Positions 42,003-53,601 of a DNA stretch of 64,000 bases are shown piece after piece. The stretch's first letter is position 1; each line of letters begins with the position of its first letter. This DNA comes from an uncultured Methanosarcinaceae archaeon (GTDB lineage: Archaea; Halobacteriota; Methanosarcinia; Methanosarcinales; Methanosarcinaceae): NCBI GenBank assembly GCA_963727895.1, contig CAVSHT010000008.1, positions 96,001 through 160,000 on the forward strand, written 5' to 3'. The translations under genes were made by a program, and so were the position numbers. A model generated the notes under the pieces. That model was not told the DNA's origin. It saw nothing but the letters and a program-made list of their open reading frames with translations, and ran no database searches.

Positions 42003-43469
42003 ATGTTTCGATTTCTAATATTTCTCTCAAAAGGGAGTGAAGAAATAATTATACTTCCATTTACAGTGAATTCTGATAATAAAAAATACGACGGTAAAAT
42101 AATTTCAGATTCTCTTATAGTAGAATTGAGAAAAATTAAAAAGATCCATGAACATAAGTTTGAGGAAGAAGAGATAAACTTTGAAAAAATTTACTTGCCC
42201 AAATTAACTCCAGATTCAGAAAACTTTGAAACAAAAATCTCTAATTTAAAGGATATAAACATTGGCGGATTGACAATATCCATTCTTGGAATTCTCACTG
42301 TTTTTAGGCTATTATGGCCATTTGGAGAGCAAGTTAAAACTATCAGAGGAAATTTGCAAGAATGTGATTCAGAAATTCATTTAATTGCATTAATGGAAGG
42401 TCCTAAAGTTCATGGATGGGATCTAATCTTAAAATTGAAAAATCCAAAAACGAAGATAGACTTCCAGAATTAATTAAAAGGCATTGATACTTAAATATAG
42501 TTATATACTATTAGAAAGTATATTTCTTCATTAACTGCCCCAGATGCAATAGTTCCAGTCACAAAAAGAACGGTATAGTTGGTGGGCGTCAACGCTACAA
42601 ATGCCATGATTGTGGATATAACTATACAGTAGAGCTAAAATCAACTGCTTTTTCCGCCTCTGTTAAAAAACAGGCTTTACAACTTTACCTTGAAGGATTG
42701 GGCTTTCGTTCAATAGGAAGAGTTTTAGGGGTTAGTCACGTTTCTGTCCAAAGATGGATAAAGAAATTTGGTCAGGAGTTAGAGGACCTAAAAAGTGAAA
42801 GTGAGATATCTATTGTTGAAATGGATGAGATGCACACTTACATAAGTAACAAACAAAATATTTCTGGATCTGGATTGCTGTTGATAGAGTTGGGAAAAAG
42901 TTTATCAACTGCTCTTTTGGTAGCAGAGGAACGGAAACTGGAAAACTACTCTGGGAAAAATTGAAGAAAAAAGAGATTGGAGAAGTGATGACCGATCACT
43001 GGAGAGCATATGCAGAGTTTATTCCAAAAAAGATCCATACTCAATCCAAAGCAAAAACGTATACTGTTGAAGGATATAACAGCATATTGAGGCACTTTTT
43101 AGCAAGGTTGAGAAGAAAGACAAAGTTTTATACGAAGAGTCTTGAAATGCTAAAGTACTCGGTTATTCTATTGATGAAATAAAGAAATAAAGAACTAGAT
43201 ATAGTTAAGTAACAATGCCACAAAGGTACTGTTCTTGATGATCTTGATCGAAAAGATGAGGCTTTGTGTGGTATAACAAAGCATGTGCTTATTCTTTGAT
43301 GAATAAAAGAAATGAAGCTCTTGCAGATTTAAAATGTGCAATTGAACTTGATCCTGATTATATAGAATTAGCAAAAAATGATAAAGATTTTGAGAAGCTG
43401 TGGGAAGATAAAGACTTCATAAACATAGTTACAGCCAATAAAAGTATTAACAAACTCTTGACTGACTGA
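42003..43469 (+). pseudogene. TPR-containing protein fragments on both sides of IS1 copy 4
   Basis: N-terminal fragment at 42003-42473. C-terminal WYNKACAYSLM..AIELDP..AKNDKDF TPR end at 43266-43469. Confidence 0.65.
42480..43219 (+). mobile_element. Short IS1-family element, copy 4 (defective)
   Basis: TIRs GGCATTGATA / CAATGCC. insA start ATG changed to ATT; slippery run mutated. Confidence 0.93.
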
Positions 43470-43904
43470 TAGAATCCTAAATTTTCTATTTCTGAAAATC
43501 CAAGCATAGTTACCTACGTTTGATATTTTTAATTTTAATTTAAATAATCATATTACAAGATTTAGTACTATTATTCTAAAGTATGTAACAATATTCCTGA
43601 AAAATAGTTTTAGCAATTTGTAGGAGTGGGGTTCATGAAATAGGTTTTTTTCCAATTTAGAGAAATCTTGATCACATACGCTGATTCCCCACTGCCCATT
43701 AAATATAGCACATCGTTTCTATATATATTTAATTTTAACAACATATAATCTGATTTAATTATAAAAGAATGTATATAATTCCTGATATGTAAAGATTAAA
43801 AGTAAAGCTAAATCTGAAAACTCAAACTTAAAAAGGAAGATTTCACTATCAAGATAAAGTCTACTAAGTTTCAAATTGTTTTAGAAATTATAGGTTTTTT
43901 TATA

Positions 43905-44336
43905 TTGGTTGGCATAATTGCTTTTGTTTATACCCGATGGAATCAACTTCCTTCACAAATCCCTGGGCACTATAACGCAATGGGAAAAATCGATAGATGG
44001 GGAAGTAAAAATGAAATACTCATAACGCCAATAATAGGTACTTTAGTTTACATATTCATAACTGTTATGTCCTTTTTTCCGCAAACCTGGAATTTATCTA
44101 TACAAGTAACAGATGAAAACAGGGAAACAGTGTATAGCTATGCAAAAAATTTGATAATACTCACAAAAGTAGAAGTATTGAGCATATTTTTTTATCTAAC
44201 TTATTATATGGCAACAACGCAGCCTTTGCCCATAGCTTTTTTGCCTGTTTCGATGATAATCTTATTTTCCACAATAATATTCTTCACTGTGAAAATCTAT
44301 AGATCCGGAACTAGAAAAAAGCAAACATCAAATTGA
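43905..44336 (+). CDS. DUF1648 membrane protein (start uncertain)
   Basis: LPSQIPGHYNAMGKIDRWGSK. Confidence 0.8.
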   Translation: MVGIIAFVYTRWNQLPSQIPGHYNAMGKIDRWGSKNEILITPIIGTLVYIFITVMSFFPQTWNLSIQVTDENRETVYSYAKNLIILTKVEVLSIFFYLTYYMATTQPLPIAFLPVSMIILFSTIIFFTVKIYRSGTRKKQTSN

Positions 44337-44479
44337 TCCAAAAATCAACTTTATTCTCAAGTCACTATTTTGTAGAGTTTTCTATGATCAGAATTTATGA
44401 ACCTGACAGGAATCATAATTGCTCAAAGTAAAACAATTTACCGGAAAATATTTTTACAATTCGCATTATTGTTTGATTC

Positions 44480-44743
44480 ATGAATCAAGAAAATAAAACG
44501 ATAGTTAACGCAGATAAGAGTCGTGAATTTGGAGCAATGGGAGAGCTCTTAAGAGAACTTCAGAAAGAAGAAATGGAACCAATTGAAACATCAGCTGTAG
44601 AAACCCCAGAAGAAAAGATAATCTCAGAAGAAAACATAAACCAAAACATGGTCATGTTAATAACAGAAATCAATGAATCATTAAAAGAAATTACAGAGAT
44701 GCAGAAAAGTATACTGGAAGAGTTAAAACGCAGACCTATTTAA
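44480..44743 (+). CDS. Hypothetical acidic coiled-coil protein
   Basis: 87-aa ATG-started ORF with a heptad-like C-terminus. Confidence 0.6.
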   Translation: MNQENKTIVNADKSREFGAMGELLRELQKEEMEPIETSAVETPEEKIISEENINQNMVMLITEINESLKEITEMQKSILEELKRRPI

Positions 44744-44827
44744 AAAGGATTTGAGAGCAATCTTTTAGGGAGAAAGCTTTACCAAATATTCTAAGTGGAA
44801 ATGCAAGCCTTTTCAAAAAAAATAAAA

Positions 44828-45072
44828 GGTATTGATACTTAAACATAGTTATATGTTATTAGAAAGTATATTTCTTCATGAACTGCCCCAGATACAATAG
44901 TTCCAGTCACAAAAAGAACGGTATAGTTGGTGGGCGTTAACGGTACAAATGCTCTGATTGTGGCTATAACTATACAGTAGAGCTAAAATCAACTGCTTTT
45001 TCCGCTTCTGTAAAAAGACAGGCTTTACAACTCTATCTTGAAGGATTGGGCTTTCGCTCAATAGGACGATTT
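44828..45072 (+). mobile_element. Short IS1-family element, copy 5 (5' part only, interrupted by IS110)
   Basis: Left TIR GGTATTGATACTTAAACATAG and mutated insA up to GGACGATTT. Confidence 0.9.
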
Positions 45073-46567
45073 AGCATGAAAGTACATGAGGAGATTATCC
45101 TCACGTGCTCTCTTGATCCTTTTTCCCCATAATCGCAAATATTCCACTAATTATTTTAATCCGTTCATCAACCTAAAAAATCTCAGTTTCAATAATCTTT
45201 CTCTTTTGGATTTCTCCCTTTTGATATCCGGTTTCATCTTCGTCCATCTCATCGTTTGTAATAAGATGCCATAGTATCGTTGCAATTTTCCTTGCTAAGG
45301 CAATAATTGTTTTTGCATGTCCAATCGACTTCTTTTTTCTGTTAAAAAACTCTTTTAACCTGCTATTCTTCTTTCTTGCTGCTGCTTGAGCAATCTGTGT
45401 CAGAATCCACCTTGCTACTTTTGATCCCCTCTTTGTGATTCTGCCGTTATAGTATTTATCTGCAGATTGATACACATTAGGAACTAGACCAAGCCAAGAA
45501 GCAAGCTTATTTCCAGAAGAAAAATCCTTAAAGTTGCCTATTTCAGCAAGTAAAATTGCCGCACCAAGTTCCCCTATACTTGGAACTGACATTAAAATCT
45601 CCATTTCTCGCTTATGATTTCGAGAAGCATAATTAAAAATTTCTTTTTCTAAAGCTTCGAGTTCATCATCAAGACTTTTTATGAGTTTCAGACAGATCTG
45701 AAGTCTGAATGCAGCACTTTGAGAAATTTCTCGATCAAGAATTTCTCTTATCTGAGCAGCTTTTTTCCGAACATTTGGAGAGAGGCTTGCAATAATCTGA
45801 CCAACACTCTTACCTAAAGAGATTCCTAATAAGATCATTCTGCCATTCTTGCCAAAAACGTCTGTCGGCACATTATTCAGGTGTAGCATTTCAGATGCAA
45901 GAATTGAATTTCAGATGCAAGAATTGAGTGAGCTTTATTTTTTAAATCTGTTCTTTTTTGTACAAGTGTTAACCGAAGTCGAACATATGATCTAAAATCT
46001 ATATGATCCTTTGGGAAAACTCTTGATGGCTGAATCATATTATTAAGTGCAAGTTGTGCAATGACTTCTGAGTCAATCTTATCTGTTTTTTTATGGGTAA
46101 ATACCTTCATATCTCGCGCATTTCCAACTATCACAGTTAGATGCTTTATCAATGAATCATGAATCGGAACCCAAAAGTAGCTGGTTGATTCACATGCAAC
46201 AACATCACATTTTTCTGATATTACCCAATTTTTAAGGGCTAAAATTCCTTCATCATCTCTGTTGAAACGTTGCTGTTGTTTTTCACCAGATCTACTGAAA
46301 ATTGTAGCAATGAAAAAGAGTTTGTGAATGTCTAAACCACAAGCTTTGTTTATGACTTCAATCAAATTAGATCACCAAATTTATTTGGGCAGTGGAATTG
46401 CCTAAAAGGCCAATTTAGCATCCGTGATCAAAGTCACACTTGAGCCTTCGATGGCAATTCACTGATTAGTTTTAGGACGGTTTTGAAAAACCAAAATCGA
46501 GACAACCTTACTGCCCAAGGTAATGAGGACTTAATAGTCAAAAAAAAGAACGGAGAGTACTTTCATT
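45073..46567 (-). mobile_element. IS110-family element, copy 2, left end truncated by IS6
   Basis: Reverse complement of about 680-2171 with the same 20-bp frameshifting duplication. ORFs 45877-46365 and 45173-45889. Confidence 0.93.
46385..46518 (-). ncRNA. Putative IS110 bridge RNA core, copy 2
   Basis: Reverse complement of 729-862 with the same guide segments. Confidence 0.7.
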
Positions 46568-47424
46568 GGTTCCGTTGCAAAAAATATCTGCTAAGGATAT
46601 AATTAAAATAAAAATGAAATCAAAGATAGTGATATGCTATCTAATTCCTTTAAATGGAAGCACTTTGTAGGTGAAATTATTTTATTGAATGTTAGATGGT
46701 ACTTAAAATACCCACTTAGTTATAGAAATTTAAAGGAAATGATGGCAGAAAGAGGGATAATAGTCAACCATACAACCATTATGAGATGGGTACATCAATA
46801 TTCACCTGAAATCGAAAAGAAGGTCAGAAGGCATTTAAGACCAACAAACGACTCTTGGAGAGTTGATGAAACTTATATCAGAGTTAAAGGTGAATGGAAA
46901 TATTTTTACCGAGCAGTTGACTCAAATGGAGATACAATTGATTTCATGTTAAGTGCAAAACGAAATAAAAAAGCAGCGAACAGATTCTTCAAAAAAGCTT
47001 TGAACTCTAATCATAATCAAATTCCAAGAGTAATCACAGTTGACAAAAATCCAGCTTATCCACCTGCTATAGATAAACTGAAAAATGATAAAATACTACC
47101 TATAAACGTAGGCATTCGACAAATCAAATATTTGAATAACATTATAGAACAGGATCATAGATCCATTAAACGAATAGTTAATCCAATGTTAGGATTTCAG
47201 TCTTTTCATACAGCCATTAAAACTTTAAAAGGAATTGAAACTATGAATATGATTAAAAAAGGACAAATCAAGAACTTAAATTACTCTGGCTTTAATGAAG
47301 CTAAATATATTAATCAATTATTTGGAATAGTTCTATAATATTGACATATCTTTTTGAATATTTTAACTTTTATTCATTATTCATAGATTTACAGGCTTAT
47401 TCTAAGATTTTTTGCAACGGAACC
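46568..47424 (+). mobile_element. IS6-family element
   Basis: Perfect TIR GGTTCCGTTGCAAAAAAT / ATTTTTTGCAACGGAACC; no target duplication. Confidence 0.95.
46634..47338 (+). CDS. IS6-family transposase, apparently intact
   Basis: FKWKHF, LSYRNLKEMMAERG, WRVDETY, ITVDK and YLNNIIEQDHR. Confidence 0.95.
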   Translation: MLSNSFKWKHFVGEIILLNVRWYLKYPLSYRNLKEMMAERGIIVNHTTIMRWVHQYSPEIEKKVRRHLRPTNDSWRVDETYIRVKGEWKYFYRAVDSNGDTIDFMLSAKRNKKAANRFFKKALNSNHNQIPRVITVDKNPAYPPAIDKLKNDKILPINVGIRQIKYLNNIIEQDHRSIKRIVNPMLGFQSFHTAIKTLKGIETMNMIKKGQIKNLNYSGFNEAKYINQLFGIVL

Positions 47425-47517
47425 TTCTATGGAGTTCCATAGAACGTCATCGATTTCACGGACTGACATATAAGTAAATTTATAATTTCAACAGAATATT
47501 ACTTTCGGGATAGGCTC

Positions 47518-47561
47518 TAATATAAATTAGTATTTAATATAAATTAGTATTTAATATAAAT
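47518..47561. repeat. 17-bp tandem repeat, about 2.6 copies
   Basis: TAATATAAATTAGTATT units directly after an orphan GGGATAGGCTC element end. Confidence 0.8.
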
Positions 47562-47627
47562 GTATAACAATTTAAATATTCTAAAGACTACAAACAGCTT
47601 TATGTTAGTCCAACCAATATCTCTAAA

Positions 47628-48938
47628 ATGTCATATTTGCTTGAGATTGCAATCGTCCTTTTATTGATCGCACTCAATGGCATATTTTCCATGTCAGAAT
47701 TTGCTCTAGTTTCTGCCAAAAAAACTCGTCTCAAGCATAGGGCGGAAAGCGGGGATCTACAGGCAGCTGCTGCACTTAAACTCACCAGTGATCCAACTCC
47801 GTTTCTATCTACTGTGCAAATCGAAATCACCCTTATTGGAATCTTTGCTTGTGCGTTTGGCGGGGGTCACCATATCAGAAGAATTTTCAGCTTACCTTGG
47901 AAAATTCCATGCTCTTTCTCCGTACAGTAATGCGATAAGTATTACTCTTGTAGTACTCTTAATTACCTATTTGACCTTAGTTTTTGGAGAACTTGTTCCA
48001 AAAAGACTTGCACTTAATAATGCGGAATCAATTGCCTCCAGCATGCAAAACCTATGTTTTTTCTTTCTGTTCTAGTAAAGCCTTTTGTGATAATTCTTAG
48101 CAGTTCTACCGAAGCTGTGCTCGGGATCATGAAAGTTAGAAAGTCTCATGAACCGCCGGTAACAGAAGAGGAAATTAAAATTCTATTTGAGGAAGGAACT
48201 AAAGCTGGGATGTTTGAGAAAGCTGAGTTGAGTATGATAGAAGATGTTCTTGAAATTGGTGATCTTCGAGTTGATAGCCTGATGACACATCGCAATACTA
48301 TCACTGCTATTGACCTTGGAGATCCTATTAATAAAAGTATGTGGAATATAATTGAAAGTGGTCGATCCAATTTTCCAGCGTATGAGGAAGTTTTGGACAA
48401 TATTATCGGTATGATATCTGTAAGAAAAGTCCTTGAGAAATTTGTGGAAAGTGGTACAGTTAATTTCAAAGAACTTGTTACACAACCCCTCTTTGTACCT
48501 AAAAGCGCTTCAGTTCTTAAGCTTCTTGAATCGTTCAAGGAGACTGGAGTGCATATCGCTCTTATCACTCATGAATATGGAAGCATTCAAGGTGTTATTA
48601 CGCTGCATGATATTCTTGAAGCGATTGTAGGCGAAATCCGTTCTCTTGGGGAGCCTGTGGAGACAAAGGTTCAGGTTCGAGAAGACGGTTCCTGGCTCAT
48701 CGATGGAGATACACCCATTGAAAAGATTAAAGATATCTTATCTGTAACTTCCTTTCCTGGAGAAGGACTTGGATATTACCGGACTATTGCCGGGCTGATA
48801 ATTTTCCTCCTTCAGAAAATCCCTGCAACTGGAGACCATATAATATTAGGGGAATTTCGGTATGAGGTTGTCGATATGGATGGTAATCGAGTAGATAAAG
48901 TTCTTGTAACACGAGTTTCAATAGTTTCCAAAAGTTAA
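47628..48938 (+). pseudogene. HlyC/CorC (CNNM-CBS-CorC) family transporter, two frameshifts
   Basis: NGIFSMSEFALVS, FGELVPKRLA and CBS/CorC domains lie in three successive ORFs. Confidence 0.88.
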
Positions 48939-49108
48939 ACGTAATCTCTCAAATTGAAAGTTAGGTTTTGAGATAATAAAGACAAAGAAAACGAAATTGC
49001 CATAAAAATCAAAAAAGAGCTACAGAAAACGTCAAAAAATTATTGTCATATATCTTGAAACATTAGGTTATCAAGATTATGACATTTAAGATTCTCAAGT
49101 TTTATTTT

Positions 49109-50722
49109 TCAAGATTTCTTCACTCTTAGGAATAATGTAACTATCAGAATTCCTGCCATAGCAAGGATCGAACTGAATCCTGGGGAATCTTCTTCATTTT
49201 GATCTTGATATGATGATTCATTTTTCTCCTGATTTGATCCCGTTGATCCCGAAGATTGCTTGCTGCTCCCGTTAAGGAAAACTGGAACTCCTACATAAAC
49301 AACAGGAGTTTCTGAAACAACTTCTCCTGAATATTCATCAAGGTCTAGAAATCCTGCTTTACATGCAGGCAGATGAATTTTCCCTTCTTTATTCATTTTC
49401 AGGATGTAAGTTATTGTTTTTGAACCGCCATCACTTTCAAGGATCTGTTTAAAACTTGTTTCCCCGCTTATTAACTTAGCTTCCTGAGGTACGGTATCGG
49501 TTAATGTTACGCTTGCATCAACATTTCCAGTGTTTTTTACCATGACCGTTACAGTCAATTCGTCTCCGGAATTTAGCTGTTGCTTATTTATTGATTTTGT
49601 TACTGAGATTTCAGGCCCATAAACCTTTACTTTTTCCGAATTATTGGAACTAGAGTTTCCACTTTGTCCATTAGGAAGAGTAAAGTTAGCTGTTGTTTTC
49701 GGAAATGTAAATTCTCCAGGTTTGTCAGGAATTAGAGTGTACTCAAAAACGTTTTCAGTTAATTCTTTGGATTTAAGAGAAAGGGTCTTATCAAGTACTG
49801 TATCTTTATCAAGGTGCATTTCGGTTATTATTGAATCCTTAAGTTTAATATTACTTATATCACAGAGCCCATTGTTAAGGACATTGATCGAGACATGTAC
49901 AGGCTTTCCCATATGGTTTTCTCTTGTAACAGTCTTTGAAATAACAAGGCCCCATTTTTTCTCTATTTTTATGACTTTCGAGCCTATATATTCATACTTC
50001 TCATTCCTAACATCAAAACATGTAGTTTTTGCAGTTATATTGAGATCAGTATCAACCCATGGAGATGGGGCTTTCAAAGTTAGGTTTACAGGTGCAAGAG
50101 TTTCGCCTTTAAGTACATCTCCAAGACTGTACTTCGTTTTTCTTTTAAGGACTTCCATTCCGGCTGTATCGATAGTTAGAACAGTATCCTTCGCTTTTGC
50201 CTCCTCATCATTTTTAAGCTTTATTGATACATCGATTCTGCTGTCTCCGGCAGATTTGGAATCATATGTATCTTTTCTTGTTTCAACATCTATGTCAAAC
50301 TTTGGTTCTCCTTTTACAAAGATATCCAGTTCAGCATAAGGATTCCAGTTTTTAGTCTTAAATTCCTTATCATCTATAGTGATAGTTTCATGGTTTGAAT
50401 CCACTTTCTGGGCATAGACCTTTATTCTGTCATTATATACGACCTCTGAACCTGCGGAAAGTGGAGCAGTCTTCAGTTTTTCCCCATCCTTTGAGATTGA
50501 AACAAAAACCTGATTGTTTTCGTTAATATTTTCTGCTTTTATAACATAATCATTGACTGTTACTGTATCCCCCCAGTATAGTTTTGTTCCATCCTGTTTC
50601 TCTACCCATTCAATGTCTTCCGCCGCAAGAGCGTTCATAGAGATGGCAAAAAGAGAAAATACGATAAGTAATGCCATCAGTGCAAGTTTCTTAGCCATAG
50701 TTACCGTCCTTGAATTTGACAT
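49109..50722 (-). CDS. Secreted cell-surface protein (DUF11/BatD-like) with PGF-CTERM sorting signal
   Basis: Signal peptide, ISVTKS..GDELTVTVMVKNTG and C-terminal SPGF + TM helix + basic tail. Confidence 0.85.
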   Translation of the reverse strand: MSNSRTVTMAKKLALMALLIVFSLFAISMNALAAEDIEWVEKQDGTKLYWGDTVTVNDYVIKAENINENNQVFVSISKDGEKLKTAPLSAGSEVVYNDRIKVYAQKVDSNHETITIDDKEFKTKNWNPYAELDIFVKGEPKFDIDVETRKDTYDSKSAGDSRIDVSIKLKNDEEAKAKDTVLTIDTAGMEVLKRKTKYSLGDVLKGETLAPVNLTLKAPSPWVDTDLNITAKTTCFDVRNEKYEYIGSKVIKIEKKWGLVISKTVTRENHMGKPVHVSINVLNNGLCDISNIKLKDSIITEMHLDKDTVLDKTLSLKSKELTENVFEYTLIPDKPGEFTFPKTTANFTLPNGQSGNSSSNNSEKVKVYGPEISVTKSINKQQLNSGDELTVTVMVKNTGNVDASVTLTDTVPQEAKLISGETSFKQILESDGGSKTITYILKMNKEGKIHLPACKAGFLDLDEYSGEVVSETPVVYVGVPVFLNGSSKQSSGSTGSNQEKNESSYQDQNEEDSPGFSSILAMAGILIVTLFLRVKKS

Positions 50723-51197
50723 TTTTATGCTGGGTCTGCACTGGAAACATACATTTTAAGCTTCTGTAATTGCTACGGCTTGTTAATATTTGTGTCTGAA
50801 AATTATATATTAATAAATGTTTATCCCGTATTTTTCAGCCGTATTTGGTTATTTGATGTATTGTTTTTGCCCCAGCACTCCCCTATAATGCACGAATTTT
50901 AACTAGTGATCACTTTATAATTTTAATTTCAATGGTTTTTCTGAAACTCAAATTCTTGTACTATTTTATAATTTGTTAGTTTACATTTTTTGATTAAGCT
51001 CTAGTTAATATGAGATTTTTCAACTATCTAAATTATAAGTAAATGTTTCGTTTCTATTTTTTTATTTAATTATGGGCCTAATAAATCTCTAGTATCGTGG
51101 GTGTTTTCTTTTACTGGAAATCCTTAAATAAAAAAGCAATAACATTTTGAATTTGAAATAAAAATTAGTAATTTTTCCTATGTACTAGAGGTCTTCT

Positions 51198-51944
51198 ATG
51201 GAACTTATAAAAATTGTAAAAATTCTTGAAGAAATTGCTCCACCTGAGCTTGCTGAAGATTTTGATATAGGCAGGATTGGTCTGATTTTAGATATGGAAA
51301 ACAATGTAGAAAGAATTACAGTTGCTCTTGATGCGAATTCTTATGTGCTTAAAAAAGCTGCGGAAATGAATGCAGACCTTCTAATTACGCATCACACTCT
51401 TATTTTCCATCCGATAAACAAAATCTCAAAATCACTTGCAGAATCCCTTAAACTTGCTCTTAATAATGAGATATCCCTCTACAGTATGCATACAAATTAT
51501 GACAATGCTGAAGGAGGCGTTAATGATGTGCTTGCTTCGAGGCTTGGGCTCAAGAATACAAAAAATGCGGAAATGGGCAGGATAGGAGAAATAGAACCCT
51601 GTACTTCGGCTGAGCTGGCATCTCATGTCTCGGAAGTTCTAAAAACGCCTGTAGTATATGCAGGAAAAAAAAAGGAGATTAGACGAGTAATGGTTGTTGG
51701 AGGAAGCGGCTTTTCAACTGATTTTCTTGAAATAGCCAGGGCAAATAGAGTTGATGCTTTTGTTTCCTCTGAACTCAAGCATAATATTCTCCGAGATTAT
51801 GAGGATCTCTGCCTTATTGATGCCACTCACTACGCTACAGAAAATCCTGGTATAGAAGTTTTATGTTCCAGGTTGCGTGAAATTCTCGACCTCGATGTGA
51901 GATTCATTGAACAGCCTTCTGGACTTAAATCAATACATAAATAA
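51198..51944 (+). CDS. Nif3-like dinuclear metal-center protein
   Basis: IAPPELAEDFD, LITHH, MHTNYD and ATHYATE. Confidence 0.93.
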   Translation: MELIKIVKILEEIAPPELAEDFDIGRIGLILDMENNVERITVALDANSYVLKKAAEMNADLLITHHTLIFHPINKISKSLAESLKLALNNEISLYSMHTNYDNAEGGVNDVLASRLGLKNTKNAEMGRIGEIEPCTSAELASHVSEVLKTPVVYAGKKKEIRRVMVVGGSGFSTDFLEIARANRVDAFVSSELKHNILRDYEDLCLIDATHYATENPGIEVLCSRLREILDLDVRFIEQPSGLKSIHK

Positions 51945-51970
51945 TGAGCGTCTAAAGCAGGTGTGGTTAT

Positions 51971-52192
51971 ATGACAGAGGAAATAGATATCAGTAGAAAG
52001 GAGATCATTAGAAAGGAGATAACAGAAACAGACCTCAGTACGAAGAATAAAGAAAAAAAAGATCTAAGTAGAAAAGAAGAGCTTAAGGAAAATTCAGTTG
52101 AAGAGCTGCTAGAAGAACAATCAAGAAACCAGATTCGTTCAGATTATCGACGCAGCTTGGGTAATGAATACCGTAGACGATATATGGAATAA
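51971..52192 (+). CDS. Small charged hypothetical protein
   Basis: 73-aa ORF downstream of the Nif3-like gene, with an RBS-like GGTG upstream. Confidence 0.55.
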   Translation: MTEEIDISRKEIIRKEITETDLSTKNKEKKDLSRKEELKENSVEELLEEQSRNQIRSDYRRSLGNEYRRRYME

Positions 52193-52376
52193 ATTTCTCC
52201 ATTTTTATTCAAAATCTAAACTTATTTTTTGTTATTTTGTATTAGTTTCAGCTATATTTAAACAGTCCTTAATATGTTCACTTATGATCTGTACTTCTTC
52301 GGTTTTTGGAATTGATACCAGAATCTTGTCGATATAACCGTATTCTTTGAGAAGAGCAAAAGTTGTCGGAAAATTT

Positions 52377-53116
52377 GGTATTGGTAATCAAAAATAGATA
52401 TGTATACTTATAACATATATTTCTTCATGAACTGCCCAAAATGCGATAGTTCCAGTCACAAAAAGAACGGTATAGTTGGTGGGCGTCAACGCTACAAATG
52501 CCACGATTGTGGCTATAACTATACAGTAGAGCTAAAATCAACTGCTTTTTCCGCTTCTGTAAAAAGACAGGCTTTACAACTCTATCTTGAAGGATTGGGC
52601 TTTTGCTTAATAGGAAGAGTTTTAGGGGTGAGTCATGTTTCTGTCCAAAAACGGATCAAGAAATTTGGTCAAGAGTGAGAGAATCTAAAAAGTGAAAGTG
52701 AGATATCTATTGTTGAAATGGATGAGATGCACACTTACATCGGTAACAAAAAAAATATTGTTGGATCTGGATTGCTGTTGATAGAGTTGGGAAAAAGTTC
52801 ATCAACTGCTCTTTTGGCAGCAGAGGAACGGAAACTGGACAACTACTCTGGGAAAAATTGAAGAAAAAATAGATTGGAGAAGTGATGACCGATCACTGGA
52901 GGGCATATGCAGAGTTTCTTCCAGAAAAGAGTCATACTCAATCAAAAGCAGAAACATTTACAGTTGAGGAATATAACAGCATATTGAGGCACTTTCTAGT
53001 AAGGTTGAGAAGAAAGACAGAGTGTTATGCGAAGAGTCTTGAAATGCTAAAGTACTCGGTGATTCTATTGATGAAATACAGAAATAAAGAAATAGATATA
53101 TTTAGTTAACAATACC
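52377..53116 (+). mobile_element. Short IS1-family element, copy 6 (defective)
   Basis: TIRs GGTATTGGTAA / TTAACAATACC; in-frame TGA and TAG. Confidence 0.93.
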
Positions 53117-53601
53117 AAATAAAGATTTATCTATCCCTTCGCTTTGCGAATATATTCTCAATCCTAATCTTCTGTGTTATCCGTTTTCACTCAGATCAAT
53201 TAATTTTACAACATAGAACGAATGATTTTAGTGTAATTACTTCTTATATAGATACCTTTATACATTTTACTGTATCTTTCGAATTCAATTTCTTGTTTAT
53301 GACATTCAGTTTCTTGTTATAAATCTATAACTGCCAATGCAGCACCTAAAAAAATCTAAGAGAGGGCTCTAGTGCAAAAGAGTTTAAAAAGAAAAGATAA
53401 AATACCGAGCCGAAGGACTTAAAACTGAAGGGAGAGCAAAAAGAGCTAGATTTGAGAATAAATTTAAACGAGATTTAAACGAGATTTGAAAGAGCTTAAG
53501 GGAAATTAAAGATAATTTATGAAAAGTTAAGGAAATTTAAAGATAACTTAAGGAAATTTAAAGAAAATTAAAGTGCTTCCTGCTTAGATTCGGGTGAAAA
53601 T

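Noticed and set aside
43620..43698. Degenerate inverted repeat GGAGTGGGG / CCCCACTGCC as a MITE
   Set aside because: Too short and degenerate, with no target duplication.
52868..52872. In-frame TAG codons in transposases (here, at 7833-7835 and at the IS110 3' end) as pyrrolysine sites
   Set aside because: The IS1 TAG corresponds to GAG in sibling copies, and all these elements have other inactivating lesions, so simple nonsense mutation is more likely.
53460..53572. Degenerate AT-rich repeats upstream of gatE
   Set aside because: Low-complexity short duplications with no consistent unit; no function can be supported.
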